Shown piece after piece: positions 48,033 through 58,305 of a stretch of DNA of 64,000 nt; positions within the stretch are counted from its first letter, which is position 1; every line of letters starts with the position of its first letter. Under the pieces are notes generated by a model. That model had not been told where the DNA came from and ran no database searches. It saw only the letters and a list, made by a program, of their open reading frames with translations. Where the stretch lies: IMG/VR virus record IMGVR_UViG_3300005826_000294, positions 186,001-250,000 of that record. One strand, given 5' to 3'. A program made the position numbers and the translations under genes.

Positions 48033-48824
48033 TTAGGCATAATAATTAGAAGCCCACTCTCCAAATTCGTCTTTACGAGATGGATCTTCATTATCACCAA
48101 GTCTTAATCTATCTTTAAACTCTGGATACCCCATATCAGCTAAAATCTGTAGAATTTCAAGCTCTTCTCGATCATCCATCTTATATTTATCTTTTGCTTC
48201 AACCCAAAGTTCATCAATATTCCTTCCACCTGATACTTTACCATTAATAAGAGCACCAGCAATAGCTCTTTGAAATGGAGTAATAACCATTTGAAAACCA
48301 TTGAAATGTGGAGCTGTTGCTTCTTTCATCATTGTCTCATCAAAATCTTCATCTGCTCGGCGTCTTTGACGCCTTTGATTACGCCTTGTTTGCTTCATAG
48401 CATGTAATCCATCAATAGCATCTTGAAGAGCATCCATATTATATTCAACTTGCTGACGCTTTTTATCAATTTCATCACTATCTAAAGACCCCATAAAATC
48501 GCTTCTTAATGCCTCGGAACAATAATTATTTAACTTCTTCCATCTTGCCGCGGCATTTTCCATTTTTGATAAATTTCCACTAGCATGTTGAACAGTTGGG
48601 ATTTGAGCCATTTGCTCATCTAAAAATTGAACAAAATGTTCAACCTTTTTAGATTGTAACCAATTTTTTGGTTCTTCTTTTTCTTTTGGAGCCTCTTGTA
48701 AATCTTGCTCTCCAGAAATACTTGAATAATCCATTGTATATTCTGGATCTTCAGCAACACTAATAAGTTCTTTCTCTAATTTTTCATCTTCAGCTACAGT
48801 AAAAAGCCCTTCTTCTTTAGCCAT
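48033..48824 (-). CDS. Conserved-looking hypothetical head-cluster protein
   Basis: GGAG RBS; MMKEA motif before C-terminal domain. Confidence 0.6.
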   Translation of the reverse strand: MAKEEGLFTVAEDEKLEKELISVAEDPEYTMDYSSISGEQDLQEAPKEKEEPKNWLQSKKVEHFVQFLDEQMAQIPTVQHASGNLSKMENAAARWKKLNNYCSEALRSDFMGSLDSDEIDKKRQQVEYNMDALQDAIDGLHAMKQTRRNQRRQRRRADEDFDETMMKEATAPHFNGFQMVITPFQRAIAGALINGKVSGGRNIDELWVEAKDKYKMDDREELEILQILADMGYPEFKDRLRLGDNEDPSRKDEFGEWASNYYA

Positions 48825-49045
48825 TATTCTAAACCTCCATTGAAAGGTCTTGTCTTTAGATCTTTAATAATTTCATCTAATAAACTTAATGTGGAACTTT
48901 GTAATTCTACTAATTTTTTTATTTCATTACTAAGAGAATTGTTTAAAAAATAAATATTAAAATCATTTTTAATATTATGATATGATGCTGTCTTTATTAT
49001 TATATCTTCAATATTTTCTAATTTCTTTGCTGTATTAGACATCAC
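48824..49045 (-). CDS. Hypothetical small protein
   Basis: IIKTA motif; fits operon. Confidence 0.5.
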   Translation of the reverse strand: MMSNTAKKLENIEDIIIKTASYHNIKNDFNIYFLNNSLSNEIKKLVELQSSTLSLLDEIIKDLKTRPFNGGLE

Positions 49046-49054
49046 ACTCTCCCA

Positions 49055-49558
49055 CTAATTATTTCCCTTCATCACCTTTGACCATAGAGTAATAAGATCT
49101 CCTAACCTCTCTGTAACCAACTTCTGGGAATTAATTAACTCAGATATTTTTTCAACTGAAATAGACTGACCTGCATTAAGTTTCCCTAATTCATCTTTTA
49201 GATCATCTGTCATTAAATCAATATTATGATGTATTGATCTTACAGTAAGCATCATTTCTCCTGGAACATACCATTTTGGAACGTGATTATTATCATATAC
49301 AGAATGTAACTCATCTAAACGTTTAACCAACTTTTCAATAACCGATAATGAATTTATTTGAGATTGTGTTAAAACACCAAAACGACCACAAGACATACAT
49401 TGCTTATGTATATCATCTAACTTTTTTGCCTGTCCGTTAACTAACTCAGCTTTATCCGTCGTTTTTCCATACTTTTTAATAAAGAACTCCACTGTTTTAA
49501 TTAATGCCCAGGCCATTGCTATAAACAGTCCTGTTAAAGCTGCTCCACCTAGTTCCAT
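49055..49558 (-). CDS. Single-TM membrane protein (possible holin-like)
   Basis: N-terminal hydrophobic helix AALTGLFIAMAWALI. Confidence 0.4.
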   Translation of the reverse strand: MELGGAALTGLFIAMAWALIKTVEFFIKKYGKTTDKAELVNGQAKKLDDIHKQCMSCGRFGVLTQSQINSLSVIEKLVKRLDELHSVYDNNHVPKWYVPGEMMLTVRSIHHNIDLMTDDLKDELGKLNAGQSISVEKISELINSQKLVTERLGDLITLWSKVMKGNN

Positions 49559-49581
49559 AGTTTTCCCCCTATTGTGGGATT

Positions 49582-50073
49582 TTAATACTTAACTATTTTT
49601 TCTAAAACTTTTATAGAAGTTTCTTTTATTAATTCATATACTTTATATCCAACTAAAGAAAATAAACCTAGAAAAAGATTTCTACTAGCATCATTATCAC
49701 TATAAAATCCTAAAGGAAAAGCATATAATCCAGAAAGCCCTAATCCAGAAAAACTTTGAGGATAAAGAGGACTTCCAGAAAAAGTTGGGGATTTCATTCC
49801 AGCACCAGTATCACCAAAATCACAATTCACTACTTTTTGATCATCCATAATGTCTGAAGCATATAAGCATCTATTATCTGTTTTATAATAAATATATACT
49901 CTTTTATTAGCTTTTTCAACAGCTCCTCTTTTATCCTTAGATATAGATTCTAATGGACACATATGAGTAATAGAATCTCCAGCATGATGACAGGCCTCAA
50001 TAATAGGCAAACCAAAAGGACATTTCCCATCACCCTTATCTATATCTGATCTGATCCAAGAAAATTTTTTCAT
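49582..50073 (-). CDS. Cys-rich hypothetical protein (start 50073 by ATGA overlap)
   Basis: CPFGLPI..AC..AG...C. Confidence 0.55.
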   Translation of the reverse strand: MKKFSWIRSDIDKGDGKCPFGLPIIEACHHAGDSITHMCPLESISKDKRGAVEKANKRVYIYYKTDNRCLYASDIMDDQKVVNCDFGDTGAGMKSPTFSGSPLYPQSFSGLGLSGLYAFPLGFYSDNDASRNLFLGLFSLVGYKVYELIKETSIKVLEKIVKY

Positions 50074-50780
50074 TTCTTTTCCTTTAACGATTTCCAATAT
50101 TTTATAAAATCTATTACTGCTTTACTAGAAGCATCTGAATCATTAGCATTCTGAGATTTTATAAATTGTAAAATAGATTTAAAAGAATCATCACAAGACC
50201 ATATATGTTTTTCTAAATTAGCAGTTTTAGGAAATTTTACAGGTTTAGATGGAAATTCCTTATAATCTATTCTATTTTTTATATCTATATCACTTGGAGA
50301 ATTTTGAATAGATCTTCTCCATTTAATCCAATCTGGTATTCCGCCTGGAAATCTTTCCATAAACTCTCTCATATTCCCTAAAAATGGAGAATATTTATGA
50401 ATATCATAATTTATATTAGGTTCCCATATCGGAGGCCCAGGCCCCCAATGAGCCTGCTTTTTTATACATTTATGAAAATCACTCCATTTAGTATTATGAT
50501 CTTTTTTAATTTTTCTTCTCCATTCAATCCAATCTTTAATACCACCAGGAAACTTCTTCATAAATTCTGATACACTGCCAAAATAAGGAGAATTTTCCCA
50601 TTCAGCATAATCCATATTCTTTCGCCATGGATTAGGAGTTTTTCCATCATTATCTGGAACATAATGAGAATGCTTTATAATAAAAGAATTATAATATACA
50701 CAAAGACGATTTAATCCTTCTATATCATTAACTTTATCTAATTGCTCAGCAAGTTTAAGAAATCTTAATAATCTTCTCAT
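50070..50780 (-). CDS. Hypothetical protein with two ~45-aa repeats
   Basis: SP..G...EFM..FPGGI.DWI.WRR twice. Confidence 0.65.
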   Translation of the reverse strand: MRRLLRFLKLAEQLDKVNDIEGLNRLCVYYNSFIIKHSHYVPDNDGKTPNPWRKNMDYAEWENSPYFGSVSEFMKKFPGGIKDWIEWRRKIKKDHNTKWSDFHKCIKKQAHWGPGPPIWEPNINYDIHKYSPFLGNMREFMERFPGGIPDWIKWRRSIQNSPSDIDIKNRIDYKEFPSKPVKFPKTANLEKHIWSCDDSFKSILQFIKSQNANDSDASSKAVIDFIKYWKSLKEKK

Positions 50781-50789
50781 TGTAATCTC

Positions 50790-51557
50790 CTATCCATCAA
50801 GTAGATTTTGAACCATGCGGTTTTTTGCTAATTCAAGAGTCATCATCCTACTTAAAGGAATAATTGGAAGTAATTTGTATTTTATTAATAAATTCAAAGC
50901 TTTTTTAGAATCCATATCAAGCATTTGATTTATTTGTTTTTTTACATGATTTGTTGATAAATTTGAAATGCTTCCTCTAAACTTTATTAGAGCATCTTCT
51001 AAATCTGGTTTTGGAGTTAAATCAAATTTTAAAATCATCTTTAAAGCTCTTAATATTCTTCTTGGGTCATAACCAATCGTGAACTCAGGATCTACTGGAG
51101 TTCTTAAAACTTTATTTTTTATATCTTTAAAAGCTTTCCCTGTAATATCATATGGTTCTTGTTTAAGATCCATAGGTTGTAATAATGTATTTATAGTAAA
51201 ATCTCTACTATATATTTCTTTTTCTAAATCAGATGGGTCTTTAATATTCATTTTTTTTAAAACATCTTCTATATTCGGCAAATTAAAATTATTTGAAAAA
51301 TCTAATCTAATATTTTTAAAATCTATAGAAGAATGTCCATCATCATATGATCTAAAAGAAGCATCATTCCAAACTCTACTTGCCGACATTGCTAAAGCAA
51401 ATGAACCTTTATCACCTGTTGTAATATCAATATCTTTAATACTATTAATAACATTAAAAGCTTTATCTCTGGGCAAACCTCCAACAATATATGGTTTAGA
51501 AATATCATAATCTTTTGATATTTTATCTAATGTTTGAAGCAACTCAGATAATTTCAT
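50790..51557 (-). CDS. CCA-adding enzyme / poly(A) polymerase-family nucleotidyltransferase
   Basis: YIVGGLPRD, DIDI, RDFTINTL, DPRRILRA. Confidence 0.85.
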   Translation of the reverse strand: MKLSELLQTLDKISKDYDISKPYIVGGLPRDKAFNVINSIKDIDITTGDKGSFALAMSASRVWNDASFRSYDDGHSSIDFKNIRLDFSNNFNLPNIEDVLKKMNIKDPSDLEKEIYSRDFTINTLLQPMDLKQEPYDITGKAFKDIKNKVLRTPVDPEFTIGYDPRRILRALKMILKFDLTPKPDLEDALIKFRGSISNLSTNHVKKQINQMLDMDSKKALNLLIKYKLLPIIPLSRMMTLELAKNRMVQNLLDG

Positions 51558-53158
51558 TATCCCTCCGGAGTTTTTGGAACTTCTGGTGTTGGGGTTTCAG
51601 GTGTAGGAGTTTCTGGAGTTTTAGAAATTCGAGGAAATATTGGTGCTTCTTCTTCAGTTACTTCAAAAGCAGTTTCCTCTGGCCCTTTACCTTCAAGTTC
51701 TCCCATTTCTATATTTGGAGGATTAGTTTTACTTTCTTCTTCATCCTCCTTTAATCCACCTTTTAATTTGTTAATAACCTTCTCAATTCTCGAACCAACA
51801 TAAATATTTAATTCCAAAGCTTTAGCCTGTGCTTCTCCCAATTCTGGAAAATGAGATGCTATATTCAATGCATCAAGCATCATATCTGCTTTTGATAATC
51901 CACGAATAAATTCTCTTTCACGAAATTTTTGTGATAATGGATTTAAAATATCTAATACATCTTGTACTGTTGCTGAAGAAAATGGATTTTCTTGTGAAAC
52001 TTTTTCTGGTTCAGGATTTGGTAATGGTTCTTCTGGAGGTAAAGGTTCTTCAACACCAGCTGGAGGAGCACCTAGTTCTTCTGAAGATGGGCCAATTTCA
52101 GGCATCTCAGCCATTTCAGTATTAGGCATTTCATTTGTATCTGTAGATGGAGGCATCATTTCTGATGATACATCCCCTTTCGGAACATCCTCAGATACAG
52201 GTTTATCATAATCTTCAAACTCTCTACCAGTAAGCGCTTTTTCAATTTCCGAGGTTATATCTCCTGGAGGTGCAGCGATTTTTCTTAACTCATTAGCACC
52301 TTCAATAAATCCATTATATTCCCATATAGATGCTGTTCGTATAATAACATCCTGCATCGAAGCAGTTGTTCTCATCATTGTTATTTCTCGTTTTAAATCC
52401 GATAATCCTTGATGAAGTCTATTATATACTTGATCAGGCCAAACATGAACAAAATTATAAAGCAATCTCTCTGCCGAATTTAATCTACTTAATAAAGTTT
52501 TTTTATAATCATCCAAAGTTTTCTCTTTTTTAATAATTGGAGGATCTGGTTGTTCAATTTCTTCCTGATTATCATTTAGAAGTTGTTGAAGATCTAAATA
52601 AGAAGCATTCTTAATATTATATTTTTCATAATCACCTTTTTCATAATATCGTGCCCATGCTTCAAAATCATTTTTTTCCATAGGACTCCATTCCTCCGTT
52701 ATTCGTTCAACAGCATTTTTACGATTTTCTCCACTTTTAGTTGCTATATATATCTGGGCAAGTGCTTGAACCCACTTTGAAATATCTCTTTTTGGTTTTA
52801 AGTTACTTTCCCCAACCCCTGATATATTTGGATAAGCGACCTTTTTCCTGTTCAATTCTCTCAAAGATTTAAGAACGGCCGCACGAATTTTAGTTAAATC
52901 AATATCATCTAAACCTTTTAAATAATTAAAAGATTTTACTATAACTGGTTTTTTATCTTTAATGTTATACCCAAATTCCTTACATATATCATCACAAAAA
53001 TGATCAAGATAAAATGCAAGATTTCGTTCTTGATCATTACTAACATTAAGATCAGATAAAAATTGAGTATCATTATCAAGTAAATCTTTTAATTCTTGAG
53101 TAAAACCATTATCGGATAAGTCCTGTATTAAATCATCTACATAATTAATCTCACTCAT
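51557..53158 (-). CDS. Acidic head-cluster protein (likely start 53158, MSEINY)
   Basis: Upstream part of track ORF overlaps previous gene; Pro/Glu-rich linker; degenerate hairpin tag. Confidence 0.6.
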   Translation of the reverse strand: MSEINYVDDLIQDLSDNGFTQELKDLLDNDTQFLSDLNVSNDQERNLAFYLDHFCDDICKEFGYNIKDKKPVIVKSFNYLKGLDDIDLTKIRAAVLKSLRELNRKKVAYPNISGVGESNLKPKRDISKWVQALAQIYIATKSGENRKNAVERITEEWSPMEKNDFEAWARYYEKGDYEKYNIKNASYLDLQQLLNDNQEEIEQPDPPIIKKEKTLDDYKKTLLSRLNSAERLLYNFVHVWPDQVYNRLHQGLSDLKREITMMRTTASMQDVIIRTASIWEYNGFIEGANELRKIAAPPGDITSEIEKALTGREFEDYDKPVSEDVPKGDVSSEMMPPSTDTNEMPNTEMAEMPEIGPSSEELGAPPAGVEEPLPPEEPLPNPEPEKVSQENPFSSATVQDVLDILNPLSQKFREREFIRGLSKADMMLDALNIASHFPELGEAQAKALELNIYVGSRIEKVINKLKGGLKEDEEESKTNPPNIEMGELEGKGPEETAFEVTEEEAPIFPRISKTPETPTPETPTPEVPKTPEG

Positions 53159-53912
53159 CTTCTGCCTCAACATCTTGTATTTTTTCTGCCAATGCCTGAG
53201 TATTGTTATGCATCTCAGATATACTCTCATGATTTTTCTTTCTATATGATAATTCAGCAATTTTATTACTTAATCTATGCATGAATCTAGTTGCTGTTTC
53301 ATGGTCCATTTCTTCTTCTATAGTTTCCCTTACAGCACTACGTATTGCGGCCATTTGATCTTCAATTATGGTAATATTAACATTTGTTTCTATTGTTTTA
53401 TCAGCAATCTTATCAACATATTTTGCCCATTGTTGTATTGTTGTTGTCCATCCAGCAAAATATTTATGTAAATTTGCTTCTTCATTTACAGAAAGTGTTC
53501 CCTCTGCTGCTCTGTCAAATAGATCTTCAACTCTCATTTTCACTGTTACTAAAAGTTCTTGTAATTCTTGGCGAATATCTACATGAAGATTTGCCGCCTT
53601 TTCAACAGCTTGACGAAAAGCAGGAATTCTACGTAATTTGCTTTCTTCTTTCTTTTTATCTTTAATTTCTTTTTTCTCTCTTGTTGCTTGCTTTACAGAA
53701 TCTAAAACATCTCCTTCTAAATTTAAATGCTGTTTTCTAAATTTTTGTAAAGTTGTTGGAGTAACATGTAATTTTTTATCTTTGGGATGTAGATTTTTAA
53801 GTTCTTTAGCTACAGCTCTAACCCCATGCCCATTTGTAAGCATGCGAACAATAAGATTTTTATTTGGATGACCTAAAATTTTAGAAAAAGATGACATAAT
53901 TCTCCATTTCAT
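53151..53912 (-). CDS. HTH protein, possible terminase small subunit (likely start 53897)
   Basis: N-terminal HTH-like GHGVRAVAKEL, helical body, TNVNITI tail; position upstream of terL cluster. Confidence 0.35.
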   Translation of the reverse strand: MKWRIMSSFSKILGHPNKNLIVRMLTNGHGVRAVAKELKNLHPKDKKLHVTPTTLQKFRKQHLNLEGDVLDSVKQATREKKEIKDKKKEESKLRRIPAFRQAVEKAANLHVDIRQELQELLVTVKMRVEDLFDRAAEGTLSVNEEANLHKYFAGWTTTIQQWAKYVDKIADKTIETNVNITIIEDQMAAIRSAVRETIEEEMDHETATRFMHRLSNKIAELSYRKKNHESISEMHNNTQALAEKIQDVEAEDE

Positions 53913-53964
53913 AAAAAACGCCCAATAGTGGCTCGTCTAGAATAAATACGAGTTCTATCGGGCG
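53913..53964 (-). terminator. Two-stem hairpin followed by T6
   Basis: CGCCCGATAG..CTCGT-11nt-ACGAG..CTATTGGGCG TTTTTT. Confidence 0.55.
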
Positions 53965-53972
53965 AGAATGAC

Positions 53973-54848
53973 TTAATTAATTCTATTTAATATACTTTGA
54001 CGACTATCATAAACTCTCATAGGAATACCACCATAATTACTAGTTGTTGGTGTTTGTGCCGATATACTCCCGCCAGGAACTCTCTGTCCTTGATAATTTT
54101 TATAACCTATTTCATAATTATAAACTTTTCCATCTATTGGACATTGATATATTCTTTCAGAAACTCTTGTAGCTTGTGTTCCATTATGATCTGGACAATA
54201 TCTTGTAGATAAATGCCCTTCATTAGGAGGTTGAATCGGATTACTATTTAATTCTTCTTCTGCTATAATATCTAATTCATTAGCTAAAAGATGAGCCCCT
54301 AATGTATCTGAAAATTCAGCTAATTTTATAATATCCATAATACGTTCTGACTTTTTTTGCTGAATTTGCTCCATTCTATTTGTTCTTTCAATAAGTCCAA
54401 ATACTAATTTTCTTAAATCCATTAATTCTGCGTTTAATCCCTCAAGAGTTAATTCAGAAGCATTCTTTAGAAAATTATCAATCTTATTTGCAAGACCTTT
54501 ATAACCTTGTTTATCTAAAGCATCAGCTAATTTAATAAGATCATTAGTTAAAATTTGAGCTTTTGCCCGTGTTGGATAAGATTGTAATTGAGCAATAAAT
54601 TTTGGTCCTATTTGCTTATTAAACTTATTTACAAAATTTCCAAAATAAGTATTATAATTAATAAGATCTTCAAATAAGTTATATATTTGTGATTTTATCG
54701 CAAAATACTCATCTTTAGTTATTCTTCCATTTACCATACTAGAATATAAACCAGATAATTTACGTGTATATTGTTGATAAGAATAAGCAGCCTGAGATAA
54801 TGTATTAAATACATTTTCCATTTCATTAACTAATTGAGTATTAACCAT
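53973..54848 (-). CDS. Protein with two helical-hairpin tags and C-terminal Zn ribbon
   Basis: LIKLADALDKQGYKGLANKID; IIKLAEFSDTLGAHLLANELD; CPDH...CPID. Confidence 0.65.
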   Translation of the reverse strand: MVNTQLVNEMENVFNTLSQAAYSYQQYTRKLSGLYSSMVNGRITKDEYFAIKSQIYNLFEDLINYNTYFGNFVNKFNKQIGPKFIAQLQSYPTRAKAQILTNDLIKLADALDKQGYKGLANKIDNFLKNASELTLEGLNAELMDLRKLVFGLIERTNRMEQIQQKKSERIMDIIKLAEFSDTLGAHLLANELDIIAEEELNSNPIQPPNEGHLSTRYCPDHNGTQATRVSERIYQCPIDGKVYNYEIGYKNYQGQRVPGGSISAQTPTTSNYGGIPMRVYDSRQSILNRIN

Positions 54849-54850
54849 AA

Positions 54851-56524
54851 TTAATCACCTACTAATACTTTTGCTGTACTAAAAAATGCTTCGATATGTT
54901 TCTTAGCATCTTGAGCAGCATACGTTGATCGCTTATGCCAAATACCATTATCATCTCTAATTAATTCATGAGCAGGCAAACCAAGTTTTTTATGAATTGG
55001 ATACATTGAATTTGGAGTTTTAACAAACTGATCACTATCTTCATATGCCTGAACCATTATATCTTTAGCAGATCCCAATTTAGATAAAAATCCATGATAA
55101 TCTGCTACAACAGAACGATATGTATTTTCATCATATTGTTGAGAAATAATCTCTAAAACTTCATCACAAGTATCAAAATCCCCTTTGGCAGCTGATTTAC
55201 TCATAATATCTCTAAGATTACCTAAATTCATAGAATATAATTGATTGTCTAATCTTATTGCTCCATCTGTTTTTCCGGCCTCTTTCATCGCGAGTGCCTG
55301 AAGATTTGGTGCAGTAAAATCAGCAATATAATCATTTTTAGCAAATACAGAAGGAAGTAATGGGGAATTTCCATTCATTTCAATTGGAACTTCAATTTTT
55401 AATTTTCCTTGTGGAGTATTAAGAATTGCTTCACAAATAAAACCATCATTAGTAGAAGAAGAAATTCTAACCTGAGAATTCTTAAAACCCATTGAACCAA
55501 GTTCAGAAATAATCATACGCTTTGCCATTCTAACAGATGCTTGTGGATAACCAACAGATGCTTCTAATACACTTTCTTCAATATCTGTTGCTAAAGTTTT
55601 TAATTCTGATGGGACTGGAGTTTTTGGAATTTCGACATCTTTAAGAATATTATAATCTTTTAATTCAGCAAAAGATCCTGGAGCAGATAATCCTTCACTA
55701 CCATTTGATTGTGGAAGACTATTAAATAGTTGAGCAAATTCTTCTTTTGCTGTTAACTTTGGAGCAGCCCCAAGTGCGTGATCTAATGTGTTAAGAATAT
55801 TAGAAACTTCTGGAAGATGTCCCCTATTATTAGAAGCGGAATTTAAATATTCAGATAATTTAGCAGTAGTTAATTGTTCAAAAGTATTTGACCCAACAAA
55901 AACACTTGGAAGTTTGTCTCCATTTGATTCCGCAGGAATATAAACTGGAATAGAACCACGATTAGTATCTAAATTGGTAGCAAAAACTAAAAATCTTGAA
56001 TTTCCTCCTGCTAAACGAACACGAGGATTTGTGAAACCCATTGACCTTAATTCTAATTCTACTTTTTCTTTTGCTTTAGAAGCATTCTGTGGATCATATC
56101 TATTAGATGCTTGACTAAAAAGATTATCAAACCCATCTTTGACTTTATTATCAACATCATACTCTAGAAAACCTTCTACTGGATCTCTCATTGATTCAAT
56201 ATAATTATTATTTTCAGAGTTTTTAATGTTTTTATCAGAAATTAACAGATCTCCTAAAACTTCTCTAAATCGTGTATTTGTATTTAATCCTACAAGTTGT
56301 TGATATATTTCTTCTAATTGCCCTTGAGTTATTAACCCTTGTGGATCTTTAGAACATAATTTTTCGACAACACTTGCTACAGATTTAATTACAATGTCGC
56401 CAGGATTTTCATCCGCCGCTTGACGTAGTCTTTGACTTAAATCACCAATATGAAATCCCTTTCCATGCTCAAGTTTGGCCAGCAAGTATTCTGCTTGATT
56501 TTTCAGAGCATTAAAATTAGCCAT
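54851..56524 (-). CDS. Putative structural protein with internal domain duplication (start 56524)
   Basis: EL.SMGF.N..VR.....G...(V/I).IP.E.NG...LPSVF twice; GGAGG RBS. Confidence 0.65.
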   Translation of the reverse strand: MANFNALKNQAEYLLAKLEHGKGFHIGDLSQRLRQAADENPGDIVIKSVASVVEKLCSKDPQGLITQGQLEEIYQQLVGLNTNTRFREVLGDLLISDKNIKNSENNNYIESMRDPVEGFLEYDVDNKVKDGFDNLFSQASNRYDPQNASKAKEKVELELRSMGFTNPRVRLAGGNSRFLVFATNLDTNRGSIPVYIPAESNGDKLPSVFVGSNTFEQLTTAKLSEYLNSASNNRGHLPEVSNILNTLDHALGAAPKLTAKEEFAQLFNSLPQSNGSEGLSAPGSFAELKDYNILKDVEIPKTPVPSELKTLATDIEESVLEASVGYPQASVRMAKRMIISELGSMGFKNSQVRISSSTNDGFICEAILNTPQGKLKIEVPIEMNGNSPLLPSVFAKNDYIADFTAPNLQALAMKEAGKTDGAIRLDNQLYSMNLGNLRDIMSKSAAKGDFDTCDEVLEIISQQYDENTYRSVVADYHGFLSKLGSAKDIMVQAYEDSDQFVKTPNSMYPIHKKLGLPAHELIRDDNGIWHKRSTYAAQDAKKHIEAFFSTAKVLVGD

Positions 56525-57938
56525 TTGTTTTTGCCTCCAAATAATTTTCAAGCGCCTGCTGATCTACTGGCGCCAATGTTTTTATATCTTTAAGAATTCT
56601 TTTCAATTCTTCAGGACTTACCAATTTAGTACCTAATTCTTCTATGTCTGAATCTGTTAATTCTATTTCTTCTGGAGCCCATTGACCTTCATCAGAATTA
56701 ACATCAGTAAAATCAAATTTATCTTCATTATCTTGCTCTGCGTATTTATTTTCAATATCAAAAATAAGTTTTTCAAGTTCATCACCACTATCCATCTCTG
56801 GATATTTTTCATTCTGTAAATCAGAAATCAATGTTTCAACTTTTTCAATTTCATCTAAATCTAATGGATATTCACTTATTAAATTTTCTGCTTTATCTAT
56901 TAAATATTCTCTATCTGCTTCAACACCTTCCGATGATTGAGAACCAGGACCATAGGTTTCCATTCCGGAATCCCAAAAAGCCTTATCTTCTTCATCTAAT
57001 TCAGCACGAACCATAAGTTTCATTTCTAAAGCTGCTAAAGCATCATTTTCATAAGGCCATGCTTCTTCTAACTCTTTAAATAGTTTAGAAATTTCTTTTT
57101 TTGGAAGATCCCCAATTGTTTCAACATTATTTTTCTCAAGATATTTTGAACGAATTTCATCAAAAACTTTATTATATTTTACACCATTATTATTTGAATC
57201 ATATTCATCTCCAAACATATCTTTTACATCATTTATACCACATTTTCCACAATGAGCTTCTTTATTCAGGTGAAGATTAAAAAATGCCAAACTCCATTCT
57301 TTATCATTATTAGCAAGATTACCAAATGGAACGGCTGGTTCTTTTTTTAAATCAACTGCTTCCTGCTCATCTTCAGTCTCTTCAATTTCAGAATCATTTT
57401 TATCAACAATTTCTTTGATCTCTTCAATAATTGGATCAGTAATATCTTTAGCTGTAATCCAATTTTTTATATCTTCTAATAAACCAGATTGCTTTATAGC
57501 AACAAATTTTTCACTAGGAAGTTCAGATAATAGTTTTAAAGCAAATTTTCCATCTGAAGATAATTTTTTATACACAACTCCTTGAAGAGATTTTCCATCA
57601 TATGGAGTTTCAGCTCCAAAATCTTTACTAGCAAGACGTATTAGCGGAACATTATTAAAAGAAATTGTAAGATTAGCATACTTTTTATCAGCCATTACTG
57701 ACCAATTAGATGCCTCTACTTTATCTTCATCTAAAGAATATGTGCGAACTAAAAATTCATTCCCATCATCATCCGCTTGTAATTGCCATAAATCATCTGA
57801 TTCATCTCCATCTATACGAAACATATCAAATGCGACTTTAACAAGTCTATGCTCATTTCCCTTTAAAGGAATTCGATTCGAATCAAGCATTTTTGCTATT
57901 TTTGTAAAGTCCACGTGGTACTTTTCCATTAATTTCAC
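56517..57938 (-). CDS. Acidic hypothetical protein, first gene of the structural region (likely start 57929)
   Basis: GGAGG RBS before ATG 57929. Confidence 0.65.
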   Translation of the reverse strand: MKLMEKYHVDFTKIAKMLDSNRIPLKGNEHRLVKVAFDMFRIDGDESDDLWQLQADDDGNEFLVRTYSLDEDKVEASNWSVMADKKYANLTISFNNVPLIRLASKDFGAETPYDGKSLQGVVYKKLSSDGKFALKLLSELPSEKFVAIKQSGLLEDIKNWITAKDITDPIIEEIKEIVDKNDSEIEETEDEQEAVDLKKEPAVPFGNLANNDKEWSLAFFNLHLNKEAHCGKCGINDVKDMFGDEYDSNNNGVKYNKVFDEIRSKYLEKNNVETIGDLPKKEISKLFKELEEAWPYENDALAALEMKLMVRAELDEEDKAFWDSGMETYGPGSQSSEGVEADREYLIDKAENLISEYPLDLDEIEKVETLISDLQNEKYPEMDSGDELEKLIFDIENKYAEQDNEDKFDFTDVNSDEGQWAPEEIELTDSDIEELGTKLVSPEELKRILKDIKTLAPVDQQALENYLEAKTNG

Positions 57939-58276
57939 CCTCCAACTATGTGTATAAAAAATAGTTTCTCTCTGTAATATCTGTGTATTGATAGAAACTT
58001 ACAAGTGAAATGTGGACAAGTTATAACGAAATATAATCTAAGTTTAACAAAATAGCATTATATTTTAATCAATATATAACATTTTTAATATATAATTATT
58101 ATAAGTTCTTAAAATTATTGTAAAAAAATAAATATATACTATTAATAAATAAATCTAAAAACCTCCAACAACCTAATTATATTGATGAAAAATATTTTTC
58201 CTAATTATAGAAATTTGACGCATTGAGTCGTCCTAAAATCTAGACGCACTACTCCTTCGATTTTTATAATACAAAT

Positions 58277-58305
58277 AAAAAAAGGGCCGGAGAAATCTCC
58301 GGCCC
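58277..58305 (-). terminator. Rho-independent terminator closing the right-arm operon
   Basis: GGGCCGGAG-ATTT-CTCCGGCCC followed by T7. Confidence 0.9.
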
